Shown here one piece after another: positions 13,951 through 27,691 of a stretch of 64,000 nt of DNA (positions are counted from its first letter, which is position 1; each line of letters starts with the position of its first letter). The notes under the pieces are model-generated. The model saw nothing but the letters and a program-made list of their open reading frames with translations, searched no databases and was not told the DNA's origin. The DNA is taken from positions 62,001-126,000 of the forward strand of contig RSEE01000053.1 in NCBI GenBank assembly GCA_003971905.1, in the 5' to 3' direction. The stretch is from Moniliella sp. 'wahieum' (Eukaryota). The position numbers and the translations under genes are program-made.

Positions 13951-14774
13951 CTTGCTCTAGTAACGGATTTTTGTTTTTGAAACGGACGACTCGAAGACTG
14001 CTGGTCTCAACACTGAGGTTAGTCTGAAGGGGAGGTGGAGGGCTATAACAGAGTAACATGTATAGTGCTTTCGTTCTAAGGACTGCTGTACGATCTGTAC
14101 GCGGCGAGAATAGATACAAAGTCAGCTTGCTCCTCCACGGGGCCTCAACCCCCCTTCCGTTCACGTCATTGGCGTCGCCAGCTGGACTTTGCTCCATCTA
14201 TCCGCCCATTTCCATCCTGGGCATGAACGCTACCGTGGGACCACCGTGTATAATGCGGTCGCAGGCCCAAGTGTGGGCGGAATGGAGACAGCCAGCCTGT
14301 CGGCGGAATGCCGGGGGTAGCCCTCTTAGCTCCGGGCCGCCCTAATTGCCACTGCTTTTTTTTTTTACTTGGCTCCACCTTACTGGTGAACAGAAGCAGT
14401 TGCCATGGTCGCCTCGTCCCAAGCGGTGGGGCCAGCACTGTACTATCCTGGCCGAAGCTCTTCCCCATGCCCTCGACCAACTTTCTCTTGTTTCCTCGGA
14501 CGCCTACCAGCCGCCTGCCTGGGTTCGCGACGCAACCTGTGATGCTGGTGTCTACGCGGGGCCCTACACCATCCGCCTCGACGACCCCCTAGGTCTGCAC
14601 GCCAACCAGTTTCAGCTCACTGGGTACGCTTCGATACCAGATCGGCGCCAGCGGCTGGTTCACGCCCAGGCTCTGGCTCATGAGTTGACGTCCTGGACGA
14701 CCTGGCCCTTGCCCACCCCCTCGCATACATCGACCTCCTCTTGGCAGGCCACCACCTCGCTCTCTGCCGACGAA

Positions 14775-16406
14775 ATGAGCATGGCGGAAACCGAGGACAT
14801 GGCCCGGTTTGCTCGTATCCTCGATGGTGACTGGTCCCATCCACCACAGCCTCAGCTGGCGATGCTGCTTCCCCGACTTGTGGATGAGATGGCGCAGGAC
14901 CACCGCCTACGCGTCCTTGCCACCAAATGGTCAAGGCCAAAGGGACATGCGCCGCCTACTGCATCTCTTCCACTTGACCTCAGTCTATTTCACTCTTCCC
15001 AGTCCTGAAACAAGGATAATCTCACTTTCGGCGCTTCGGTTTGTGCGAAACATGCTCGCTGCTGGTGGGGAACGGGTACAAACGCGAGTCCTCACCCTCT
15101 TGTCCGTGATGGACCAAAGCGTGCTTTTACGCCTCACATCGGGGCAATCGTGGAAAGCGAGGACGATGTCCCTCTGGCACGTACATTTGTGCAAATCTTG
15201 GCCAACTGCACTACCCGCTGCGAAGGGGCACAGACCAAGTTCTGGGCTATGGTCTATTCCCACTCTTCCTCAGTAGGACCCACCTTTCTCCAACGTCTAA
15301 TGGAGATGAACGACGCCAAAATCGCCTCTGCGGTCCGAGTCCTTCTTCTCAATTGTGTGCTTCCCACCGCACCGGCGCAACATTACGCGCCAACTTCCTC
15401 GCGTCCGCTCCCCCAGCCCACCCTGTTTTGCGGATTCTGTTGCATAGCGCACATCGAACGCTTGAACAGCTCCTCTCATCCGAAGAAAATCCAGAGGAAG
15501 CCGCACCAGCAGAGGGGGAGATCTGCTGCAACTGGACCATGCGGTGCTCAAACTGCTATTTCAACGCGGCTTGCTGGGATCGATCGTATCCTGGTTAGGA
15601 ACTGGTCTCTCCACTGAGCTCGTGGCGCTATTCAAGTTCTTCGATGCCTACCTCGACGGCGGGGCGGATAGATACGAGCCTACCTCTGACAATGAGGGAG
15701 ACGCCCCCGCTCTGTGGGCCATCTGGGTCTCTCTCAGTGGAAAAATGGGCGCTCCTCGCTTGCCCTGAGGGTCCTGAAGCCAAAAGCGAGATCGTAGCAC
15801 TGCATCAAGCTTTGGTTGTGCTTCTGCAGATTCTCTGTGCATTCATCTATCCTGCCCAACAAGGAGAGGTCACCTCCACTGGAACAGAGATGCTCAAAGT
15901 GGGACAATGGTTCGTTCATCGCTTCAGAGGAGGGAATGGAAAATTTGGTATCCTCCTCCAAGCGGTCGTCAAGTTTTCCCCGCCGCTTTCTCCCTTCAAG
16001 GGGGGCAAATTGGACTCAGTTCCAGAGGGACACGCCTTGAGCCATACCGGTCGCACCGCCCACATGGAAGGCAAGACCGACCTTCCGTACTTGAAACGAG
16101 ATCTGCTCCGCCTTCTGACCGGACTTGTTTTTCTCTCCCCCCGCGCGTCGACTGAAGAACGGGAGAGAGTGAAACAAGTGCAAGACCGTGTGCACCAAGC
16201 GGGTGGTCTGTACATGTGCTTAACCTGACCCAGTGGACGAGGCCAATCCCTACATGCGGGAGCACGCGATCCTTGCGCTCGCTAGCCTGCTCAAGCACAA
16301 CATCGCCATCCAACAAGCTGTCGCACAGCTCCAGCCGCAGGAGATGGACCAGGCACAGGCTTGGCAGCAGGCTCGGCAGCAAGCCTTACAGCAAGCACGG
16401 GCTTAG
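14775..16406 (+). CDS. Ataxin-10/Ctr86-like armadillo protein; frameshifted, start uncertain
   Basis: C-terminal LKRDLLRLLTGL..VQDRVHQAGGL..(V)DEANPYMREHAILAL..LLKHN..Q..VAQL matches the ataxin-10 domain. Upstream LRFVRNMLA is ARM-like. Confidence 0.75.
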
Positions 16407-17033
16407 TTGATATGATCCATATCCTATTGTACCGTTTAGTCATCTATCTTTACTGCATTCTCTCCCCATCCATCGTCTCTTTGCTCAATCTATAACGCGT
16501 GCCGCCCGGGCTACTCGCCAGACACGAGCCTCGTATCGTCAAGAAGCGCGAGAGCGGCGCGTCCAGTTTCTATTAGTCTATTCCCGTGGTGGTGGGGGGG
16601 AGGCGGGGGCATCGCCAATCATCAAGAACCAAGACTCGGTAACTATCCTTCGGCAGTTGAGGATGAAGTTCTGCATCTGGGCATTGGCCAGCCTGGAGAT
16701 GAAAGAGGCAATTACCTCGGGGGCGACGTCTGACCCGTATTTGGTGCGTCGAGGTGTGGATGTTTTGGCTTACGCCAAGGGTGGGTGCTCCACCTATGCT
16801 CAACAGGCTACAGGCGTGTACAATGCCTCTGGACTGAAAGGGGAGCGGGGCTGATGATGTGGTGGAAGTGCATAGAAGCAGAAAGGGAGGGGGGGCTGGG
16901 CGGGTCAGCAAATTCGATGGCTCCCAGTTCCTATGTCCGACTGGTCATGACATTGACAGCGGTCGCTGTGTCCTGAAATGTTGCAGCACTGGCGCACTGA
17001 GTGCATTGGCTGGTCTTAACGCGCGTGCGTGAC

Positions 17034-17807
17034 ATGTGGCAAGGCGTGTGGCGATGCGTGGACGAAGGTGTGAATAACCCCGGCTTGGCTGTTGCCCTCG
17101 CAAGACGCCCTCGGCTCCACCGACCATCGGCATCCCTCTATCTGCATCATCACGAGCCCACTGTGTCCCCCTCCCAGATGACAGGCGGCACCGCCGCCTC
17201 GGCAGCAGCCTACCATGCACGCATTGCCGCCCACGAACAGGCTATGCTCAGTGCCCGCCGCCAAGCCGTCGCCTCTGCCCGAGAACGGCGGTCCCCACTT
17301 GCGGAGCCAGTCCCATCCCAGCACCAGCACCACGCCAGCACCAGTGACTGTACCCCCTCTGTTCGACGTGCCACCCACCCTGCACCACCTTCCCGCCCCA
17401 CTGCACCGAAACTGCGCCATCCTCCTTCTATTCCACGACCTCGGCCTCCACCTTCAGGAGACCTACAAGACGAAGCCGACATGGCTGAAGACCTCGAGTT
17501 TGCCCATACCATTTGGCACGCAGAAGCCCTTGTCACAACAGGGGGAAGCGGCCGCAGCGCAAACGTATGCCCTCGACCCTGATCGACTATTGACATGGAG
17601 ATGGTGGAGGATGCGGAGGAACCTCCACCTGATATCATGTGGGTGGAAAGCGACGACGAGTTTGCCCTCGATCCCGAAGAGTTGAGCATCTTACTCCAGG
17701 CCCGCGATCCAACACAAGAAGAGGAAGGTATGGCTGTTGTCCCGGCTCAGAAAGAGGGGAAAGCTGGGGTGAGCATGGATCAGCATGCTTCCATGGCCCT
17801 GGACTAA
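17034..17807 (+). CDS. Hypothetical protein (Ala-rich helix, acidic C-terminus); frameshifted
   Basis: Consecutive ORFs 17001-17582 and 17595-17807 have protein-like composition. No family recognised. Confidence 0.4.
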
Positions 17808-18065
17808 ATGGATTCCCGCTCGTCATAGGCATGTTGATCATGAGCGGCCCGCAAGCATTGTTAACTCGAGCGTGGTGCAGCAGGTGGTGCAGACGCCACC
17901 ACAAAGTGGGGTTTCGGGAGAGTTTTTGCAAGCATAGAGCACAATCTTATTTTCAAAAAAGCTATTTGCGCGGATTTGCGCGGCCCGACCAACGTCCAAC
18001 GCCGAGCAGGACTCAAATTGAATCTCTACTTGCTCGTGGCTTTGCCCCACCACCCGCCACTCCTA

Positions 18066-19168
<1,103 letters not shown>

Positions 19169-19431
19169 TCTGGGCCGCGGTGGGTGAGAAATGCGAAATG
19201 GTTGCCCCATTGGGCTGTCTTGCCCTTACCCCCTCCGCAACTATGTCGCTCCCTGTCCCTGCCTCCCGAGGAAGAGGAAGAAGAAGAAGAGGAGGAACCC
19301 GGGATGCGTCTGATGCGGGGGATGTAACCTGTACCCTGGATCTTGTCCTGTTTGTCCTGCATAAGCTATGATTGTACTTTTCACGTCCGTGGCGCTAGGC
19401 AAGAAGTCACCAACGAGATAAACAAATATCG

Positions 19432-20260
19432 TTAGGTAGTCAGTGTTGGTTGCTCCCCGCGCAGCTGGGACCACTGAGACGAAAGAATCATGAGGTTGGC
19501 ATACCCAACTGAGCCACCTTCTGCCGTGCCTGGTCCGCGTCGGCAACCATCTGAAATGATACAAACGCGAACCCTTTGCCCCGTCCGTCTCCCGATCCCG
19601 CCGACGACACCCGGGTCACCTGACCAAAGCGACCAAAGAGTTGCCGCAAGTCCCCCTCCTCCACCTCTTCTGAAAGCTTGGTCACATACAACATTGGCTG
19701 CTCGTCGCGCGACCCGCCACCATCGAGGCAGGACTAAAGTGTGACGTAGCTCCTTCCTGGCCGGGAAGAACGTAGCACTCAGTGCGTGCAGCCGCACTGG
19801 CACACAACGCGTTAGAGGGGTGGTTAAGTGTCCATTGTCTGGTCCGTGTCCAGTCCTTCCCCCACAGCGGAAACAAGTGTGCCCTTGTATGGACAGCGGG
19901 TGGTGAAGTGGTCCCCGCGGCAGCAGCACGACTGGGTCTTCTTCCTTGCAACTGATTCGCATTGCATCTTCGACAGATGGCTCGGCTCTGCCTTGGCGGC
20001 ACCAACCAGCATGAAACATAGTGGTGTGTTTTCGACGACCGTGGTGGTGTTGTACCCACCCTCTTAATAAGCCAGAGGAGGATCCGTGCTCTTTACCAAC
20101 TTGTGGGACGCTAGGCTTGCCGGGGGCCGTGGCTGCAGAAGGACTTGAGAATGGACAAGGGTGCAGCGCACACTCTGTCAGACCAGTGGAGAGAAATAGT
20201 GATCTTGACACCACCATTTCGTCGCGCTCCTGGAATCGTAACGTCACCATCCTCGCAATG
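19432..20260 (-). pseudogene. TIF35: eIF3 subunit G (TIF35) homolog, heavily degenerate (pseudogene or very error-rich copy)
   Basis: TTTVVEN, C..GDHFTTRCPYK zinc knuckle, RRM LYVTKLSE..DLRQLFGRFG..GKGFAFVSF, tail GYANL.ILSSQWSQ. Many indels plus non-conservative substitutions. Confidence 0.65.
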
Positions 20261-20619
20261 TCATGTAGGAAGGGCAAGTGAGTGATACCCGGAGACAACA
20301 CAAGCGTGAGGCGCACTGTGCTGGACGCGGGCGAGAAGCAACAGCGGTCATTGTAGGTGATGGCAGTGGCGGTGGCAGCGGCGGCGGTACCAGTAACCAG
20401 CAACCAGCAATCACAACGTGCTTTAAGCATTCTCGGGACCAGCCGCTATGCTCCCCCCACGCAAGTGCTCCCAAATTGGGAACAGGGCAAAGGGCACGGG
20501 GGCAGTGGGGCGGCCAGCGCCCTGCCCTTACCCCCCGCCTCCTTTACCCCGTTCCGCCCCTCTTCCGCCCGGCTGGTCTTCCGATGCGAGCTGGCTTAAT
20601 TTTTCCAGTGCGCGCTACC

Positions 20620-22043
20620 ATGATGCGTGCGCTGGCGCTGGGCTCTCGCGTGCCCGGGAGGCCATGGGAGCTACGTTTGGCCATGGCCTTGCCGTGCGCC
20701 AGTCCCAGTCCCAGCCTCTTCCTCTGTGCTTGTCCGCCGCCTTGCGACACACGCTTCACCCCCTGTTCCGCCTGTTGCGCGTGAGCTGCCGCCTCGGCCG
20801 GATGTGGCTCCGCTTAGTCCCCCTCGACTGACTTGCCCTTCCCCACGCCGCGTCCTACCGGCCCCGCCAGTGCCGGGATGGACTTTGAAGTGCACGATCT
20901 GGACCCGGCGGCGCTGCGCTCTAGTCGTCGGTTGGCTGTGCGCTTAGAGTTGGCCCGGGTGGCGAGAAGGAGCCGGGGCTATTGAAGGATTTGGGGTTGA
21001 AACGCAAGCCATTGCCTATGGTCCCTCGTATCACGCCTCACGCCACGACGGAGGACATGCTAGCTGCGGTCGAAAGGACGATTGGACTTCCTCTGCCACC
21101 CGTCCTGGCCGCCCAGGCAATTACCCATGAATCATGGAAGTACGGAACGAGTTTTGCGGGACACAATCGTCGCTTGTCATTTGTAGGGCGCAAAGTACTC
21201 AAGATGCTGATGGCAATGTTTTTCCATTCCCACTTGCCTGCCGGGGTGAGCATGGCGGCGCTACAAGAACGGGAACAAGTGTCGCAGGTACTGTACGAGC
21301 CCAACCAAAGTCTTTCTTACCTGGCAGACGGTGACAGAGAAGCGGGGGGTGCAGAGCCCCCTCCGTCGCGGCCGTACGATGTGTTGCTCAACACACTTCA
21401 TCTTGGTGGGTCCGTGGGCGAGCACCTGCACTTGGAGCAAGTACTGCGCTGGTCACCTAAAAAAGTCACTCCCGGCATGGGCCAGCTATGCAAGGACACG
21501 TACCCCACAGTCGAGGCGTATGAGAACCAAGTTCGTGCCCAAGGCAGTCCGCAGGGCATCCCACTTCCCACGGGCGCCTTCCTTCCGGCTGGGCCTACCG
21601 CCCTCAGACGATCGGGGAAGCGCGCTACTCATTTCTGGCGGATCCGAGGCGTGGCCGTCGAAGCGCTAATGGGCGCCGTGTACCATCACCACGGCCTCGC
21701 CGCGGCACAGACCTTGTTCCATGCTAAATACTTACCTGGCCTAACGGCTCGTGGGACCATGCCCAAACTGAGGTCAAAGGAGGAGTACAACCACTTGTCA
21801 CTGGACTTGTACCCGGTCCGTGGCCGCGCTCGCATCCTGCCTGGGCCGAGCTGGCAGCAGCAATCGAGTCCAACACCCCAGCTGCATTGGAGCAACTTTC
21901 CGCTCTCTCCCAACGCGCACGAGCAACATCTTCCCACAGGTGGGCACATTGGCGACTGCGTAAAAAATTCACTTGCATGCCTCATGCATGCGTCATGGGT
22001 TCATGGGTTCATGGGTACAATGGGAGAAAGTATGGATTCGTAG
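20620..22043 (+). CDS. RNase III-like mitochondrial ribosomal protein mL57 (MRPL15-like); ends approximate
   Basis: LAAQAITHESW..HNRRLSFVGRKVL..VEALMGAVYHHHG is a catalytically degenerate RNase III fold. The N-terminus is Arg/Ala-rich and presequence-like. Confidence 0.65.
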
Positions 22044-23165
22044 CGAGCGTGTCACCGTCTCATTCGTCTTCCCCTTCTCCCGGCGGTAGGCGCCATGGCA
22101 TCGACTTTGTGCACCGCAGTGGAGAACGGTGGGAGACGTACCTGCTCTGCACGGTTGGCGTTGATCAACTGAGGCGCCAAATGGCCCATTCCTCTGGACC
22201 GGGCGCGTCGGAATAGGTGTAAGCTTGGATCTGGAACAAGCCTACGAGCGGGGTCAGTACAATTTCTCCACGACTACCAAACACACCAAGCGGGGGGGGT
22301 CCGTCGAGTAAAGGAAGGAATGTACAGCTCGCTGTGATCTGCCTTATGATAGCTGCAATCTCTCTGTGCGTATATTATCCGTCTTCTTTTTCGCCGATGC
22401 GGTCTGAGGCGCAGCTGCGGCCTGGGCCTGGGCCATAGCGGGAGACGGACAGGGTGGATGGGGGTGCCGGTGACATGCATGACAGGTGACATGCCCAAGA
22501 TCAACGTAACTTGTAACACCCAACCATAAATCACCCTCGCCTAATAACCTCAGGCCTAACATGTAACACCTCAACCCTTCAACTGAGGGAGGGTTCAATT
22601 TCAATGTCCGGGTCTCACTTCTAGCAAGTAGCTTCAAGCTTCATTAGGCCTTAGGTCAGTCCAAATATTGTGGGGTAATTCGATACCCACTCAGCCCCCC
22701 TCGGCCTCATCAATTCTCTGCCGCAGCGCGCAAAACACCTTCGATACCCCTGGTGTTCGCCACGCGATGAACCTCTTCCTCGTATTCCCGTCGTTTCTCC
22801 CAGTGCAGTACCGCGGGTACCTCGAGCTGTTTGGAAGAGAGATAAACAAGTGTGGAGATAAGATCGACAGAAGATAGAGAGATAGAGATAGATGATAGTA
22901 TAGATCGATAGATAAATGGTTGTGGATGGATGGAAGAGGAAAATGGATGTGGATGGATGGATAGAGCAAAATAAGACAAGTAGTAGCATCTCACAACCCG
23001 ATGGGAAACGCAAGTGTAGGTACAAATACACGAACGATATATGCGCGATGCGCAATGCGCAATACGGCCGCCTAGTTAAGCACGGACGACGAACGACTGC
23101 ATGACGGCGCGATGACGGCTGACGCGCTGTGACATGTGACAGGCGTTGGCGTTCTGCCCAACCGC

Positions 23166-25468
23166 TCACACACATCACCACGCACTCCCTCTCAGCCTCC
23201 TTGTGGGCCGGAACGCGTTTGCCAGACTTGATTTCGGCGAGACGTTGGGCGGCGCGTTGGTCGCCCTTAGCAGCCGCGCGGGCGTACCACTTTTTCGCGT
23301 CGTCCAACGAGGGTGCAACGCCAATGCCCACTTCGTAGTAATATCCCGCTGCATACTGTGCCTTGGGATACGTGCGTGCGGCAGCGCGCAGTGCGTACGA
23401 TAGAGCCTCAGTATCGTTTTGAGGCCACACCTGGTCCCCCTCGACAGTTACGCCTGTCAAACTCCATCCCGACAAGGCCAGTTCCGCCGCGGGCTCGCCC
23501 TGTCGCGCCGCCAACACGTACCACTTGCCTGCTGCCGCACGTTGGCCACACCAGCCAACGCACCATGTTCCAGCGCAGCGGCGATGCGTGTTTGCGAGGG
23601 AGCATAGCCCAGCTGCGCAGCTTGGAGGTACAGTGCGCGTGCCATCGGTAGGTCCTGCGCAATTTCCCCGTCTGTTCCGTTGAGCGCGGTTTTCTTCTCG
23701 TACAGCTGGGCCAGCGCATGGATCGCATACGGGTGAGCACGATCATCTTGTGCTTGCTCAGCTGCACGGCGTAGCCAGACCACACCGTCTCGCGGATCCT
23801 TCGTCTGCCCCAACAGGCCCTGAAGAAGCACCATGCCCATCTTGTACATGCCAGCGGTATCGCCCACGCACACGCTTTGCGGTAAAATAGCATCGCTCGT
23901 GCTGGATCTTTCCCCGTTCCGGCGCCCACCTCGGAACATGCGGCGCGGTACGTGCCAGCTGGGTGGTTCTGCTTCGAAGCTTGCACGTACAGTCGATAAG
24001 CCTTTTCATGGTCGACCGACAGACCCAAGAACCGTTACCATAGCAAGTGGCAAGGAGAAACTGTGCCTCGCAGTAAGGCCGAAGCGGGAGTTGCACACCC
24101 GATGCGCCCGTGGTGGTGAGCGTGCCTTGGGCTAACTTTTTAAGTCGTTTGACCGCCTCGGATAAGAGCGCGTCACGGAACCGACGCTGGGCCTTGGCTG
24201 ACTCGACCGGCTCGGTAATGGTTCGAGCAGCTTCGATTAGGTACTGCACATAGGCAAATTGGGCTTCCGCATCGGGCTCGGCGCCATCCGCGCACGGTAA
24301 TCTGCAACAAACGTTTTGGTCATAGGCAGCTTGGTCGGATGGGATGCGAGGTGGGCGAACCCTTTTTTTGCCAGAAGAGGAGGTACGAGCACTGCCACTG
24401 CCACTGCCACTGCCACTGCCACTGCCACTGCCACTGCCACTGCCACTGCCACTGCCACTGCCACTGACACTGGCGCTGCTCGTGGCGTAATAGTTGCCGC
24501 TTGGACCCCGATCGCTGCCCATGCCCACACGACTGCCCGCACCAGAATGGGAAAGGTAAGGGTGCACCTGGGAACTGTGCCAATCGTACTGCGGGGAAGG
24601 TGGGGCGTATTGCCCCCCGTAGTGCCCGTGCCCGTGCCCGTGCCCGTGTCCGGGCGGAAGGAACCAATGAGACTGTATGGGAGTGGGAGTGGGAGTTGGA
24701 GAAGGGCAGGCAAGCGACCCATAGCCAGGCGAGGCAGTACGGTACAGCTCGCCCATGGGAGTGGGGGACCCCTGTGGCCATGCGTAGCCCGACAGGCCAG
24801 AGGGATCAGACACGGTGCTGAGCCCCATGGAGACGGTAGAGGACTCGCTAGGTGCAACCGAGTAAATCGAGTCGGTGCGGCAGGCCAGAGTGCTGAGTGC
24901 AGGCGAAGGAGGCGAGAGCGAGCCATGGGTTGGAGACGCTGGAGGCGCAGATGAAGGAAGCGAAGGAAGCCCACTCAGGACAGGAGAATTGGGAGGGAAG
25001 AGCGGGGTGTGGAAGAGGAGCGGGGGCAGCTGGGGGGCAAGTCCGTCGGTTTCAGTGTCTGTCCCGAGGCGGCAGGCAACGGAGAGGAGGAAGAGGAGGA
25101 GGCAGAGGCGGCAACGGGGACGGAGGTGGGGGCCGGGTCAGGGGTCGGGGTCGGACTAGTGGCGGGGGTTGGGGTTGGGACGGGAAAAGGATAGGCATCT
25201 TGCGCCTCATACCCCGCGCGGGGGGTAGGAGTGTTGGAACCATAAAGCGCGGCGACGCGGGCGGTATCGCTAGAGGGGCGCGGGCGGGAGGGTGCACGGT
25301 CGTCGCTGCTGGACGCCATGTGGGCGGACAGGGCAGGGGAGGTGGGGTGGGGGCTGGGCGGGCAGATGCCCAAGCCAATGGTGGGGTTTATAGGGGGGGC
25401 ATAGTAATAGTCAGGGGCATGGCAGGGCTGCTGGGCGCAGAGAGCAGCATGTTGTCAGAGTAGGCCAT
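23166..25468 (-). CDS. SKT5: Chitin synthase activator Skt5/Chs4 (SEL1-repeat protein) with C-terminal CaaX; frameshifted
   Basis: EAQFLLATCYGNG, AYRLYVQASKQNHP, MYKMGMVLLQGLLG, WLRRAAEQA, LYLQAAQLGY, ELALSGW, AQYAAGYYYEVGIG, ends ECVVM. Confidence 0.85.
24391..24466. repeat. (ACTGCC)12 hexanucleotide microsatellite encoding (SG)n in SKT5
   Basis: 12 perfect tandem units read directly. Confidence 0.95.
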
Positions 25469-25939
25469 GGCGTACACATCTGCCGATGAGCTGCGCATGG
25501 CAGCCGAGCGTGGGGAATATCCAATGGCGTCGCAGAGGAGCACCTGCGGCCTACGGGTGGGCGGGTGGTGGGAGAGATGGCCAATGTAATGCGAGTCGTG
25601 CCTCCTGCGCCCAACAGAGTGGGCAGGGCAGGGCGGTGGAGTACGTTGATGCGACGCGATAGTCGATGGTCGATAGCGCTGGAAAAACGGCGGGAGAGGC
25701 ATGCTGTGCTTGCCCCTGGCTGGTGCTGTGCTGCCTGGCTGCTATCGACTATCTCCCCTCGGACGCAGACAAATTATAATGGCCCCGGGGAGTGGGGCAG
25801 TGTGGGAGCTGGGCCGCGTGTGGCGGCCCAATGTGGGCGCAGCGCTAGTCTTGCGCAGTGCTAGTTGGATCCGCCACCCGCCCCACCCTCTGCGGCCACT
25901 GGGGCAGTTGACGCCGGTTGGCGCCAACGCGTCGACGCG

Positions 25940-26010
25940 TCGATTCTCGATTCTCGCTTCTCGCTTCTCGATTCTCGATTCTCTCGCTTCTCGATTCTCG
26001 ATTCTCGATT
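25940..26010. repeat. Imperfect (TCGATTC/TCGCTTC)n heptamer tandem repeat
   Basis: About 10 units read directly. Confidence 0.85.
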
Positions 26011-26633
26011 GGCGCTGAACGTTTCAATGGCCACCCTCCGTAAGTACCCAGTAACGCAGCGCTCAGGCTGAGCCTCTAACACTCGGCGCGTTGCTCGGTC
26101 TGAAAGAGTTTCAAGATCTGAAGCTCGGCGCTGGAAGCGTCAAGTTGATGGATTGTGCGCATGCACATGGCACACCCAGCGCCCAGACTGAGGGTGAAGC
26201 AAGTGGAGGAAGACCACAAGACAGACGGCAACCCGTCGGACCGGGGACGGGAGCCGGGCGGATCCATCACCCAGCCCGGAGGCTGTTCGACGTTCGCGCT
26301 GCCCAAGGATGCATTCTGCATTCACGTGCCACACCTGGGACGCTCGGTGACGTCACCAGTCACGAAGCCAGCAGGTGCGTACGGGATGGGCTTGCCACAT
26401 GGCCCCGAACGAGCCCAAGGCGAGGCAGAGCAAAGGCAAGCAAGGAATGGCACGAAAGGACAGGACGTAGGATGCAGGATGCTCGATGCAGGCGGGTTAC
26501 GTTGAAAGACAAGGACGTTGAAATGTGAAAGGGATGGGGGCGTGAAACTTTGCATGGTGCATGCTCGCAGTGGTGGCTGGTGGGGTAACCAAACAGGCAC
26601 TACACCGCCAAAGCAAAAATGATCGAAGTGATC

Positions 26634-26680
26634 GGTCGATGATCGATGATCGATGATCGATGATCAATGATCAATGATCG
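26634..26680. repeat. (GATCGAT/GATCAAT)n heptamer tandem repeat
   Basis: About 6 units read directly. Confidence 0.85.
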
Positions 26681-27691
26681 GGGTCGATCGGGCGAAGGGG
26701 AAAAAAACGTACACGTTACGCCGGTAAAGCTTGAGGCTTAAAGGGACGTACTACTGCCTGGGTGCATCTGCGTGCCCATTCCGGGATAGCCCGGTTGCGA
26801 GGTCCATGGAAGGCCCGGGCAAACTGGTCACCGGTAAGCGCAAAGCCTAAGATTATCGATTAAGAGGCTGGAAGAGGCTGTAGCAGGTCATACTCATGCA
26901 TCATGCGTCATGGCTGCTGGCTGGAGCACACGTAGCGTCCGCCACGAGCCGGACGCCAGCCGGGACGCGAGGCCCAGCAGGCGGCAGGGCCCAGCAATCG
27001 GCTGTCGGATAGGAGGGCGAGTGGGAGCAGGGCGTACGATCAGATCGATCATCGATCCACCGAGCATCGATCACACGGCTCGGTCGAGCTGTGGCCAGCT
27101 GGGCGCTGGCCCCAAGGCCCAATGGACGATCGCCCGTGCTGGTGGGCGTGGTGCTAGTGGCCCAAGACCTGGCAGTGCGCGCCTGGGGGTTAGTACTTAG
27201 TGGTTAGCAGCTAGTAACTCAGTAGCGCGTAGCTCCGTGGTTCTAGTGTCCGTCGTCGGTGTGCTCCAGCGTACTTGCTATGGGGTGTACCTAGCACCGC
27301 GTACACCACACCAGGACCAGGACAAGCTGAGTACGCTGGGGCGCTGGCGCTGGCGCCGTAGTCAGTACTCCGATGGTCGGTGACCGGTGACCCAGACGGC
27401 AGCGCCTGCGACATGTGACATGTGACGCTGAGCGCTGGTGGGTGATGGATGGTCAACCCCCAGCGGGGCGCCTGCGCGGCGATGGAACGTGGATGAGTGA
27501 CGAGTGACCGTTGAACGTTCAAGCGCTGCTCGGGCCCACGGGGCACTGGCCAGCTGCTGGAGCCTGGAGCTCGAGACGGAGCCAAGCCGCGTCGGCCTCA
27601 GCGCAGCCTCAGCCAGCAGCCAGCCCCCAGCCCCCGTTCTTCCTTCCGCCCACCACCCGCGCCGCGTGTGAGTGTGAGTGCTGCGCCGGGC

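Noticed and set aside
21728..21740. ATACTTACCTGGC, identical to the U1 snRNA 5' end
   Set aside because: Lies in frame inside the mL57 CDS (KYLPG); no U1 stem-loop I GATCA.GAAG, ATTGCAC loop or Sm site follows.
22840..22975. GATA/GATG-rich tract giving a hydrophobic Tyr/Ile/Leu extension of ORF 22651-23517
   Set aside because: Low-complexity 3'-UTR sequence downstream of SKT5; the apparent extension arises from the missing stop after CVVM.
24391..26680. Tandem repeats as a CRISPR array or telomeric repeat
   Set aside because: Simple microsatellites without unique spacers; no TTAGGG array; eukaryotic context.
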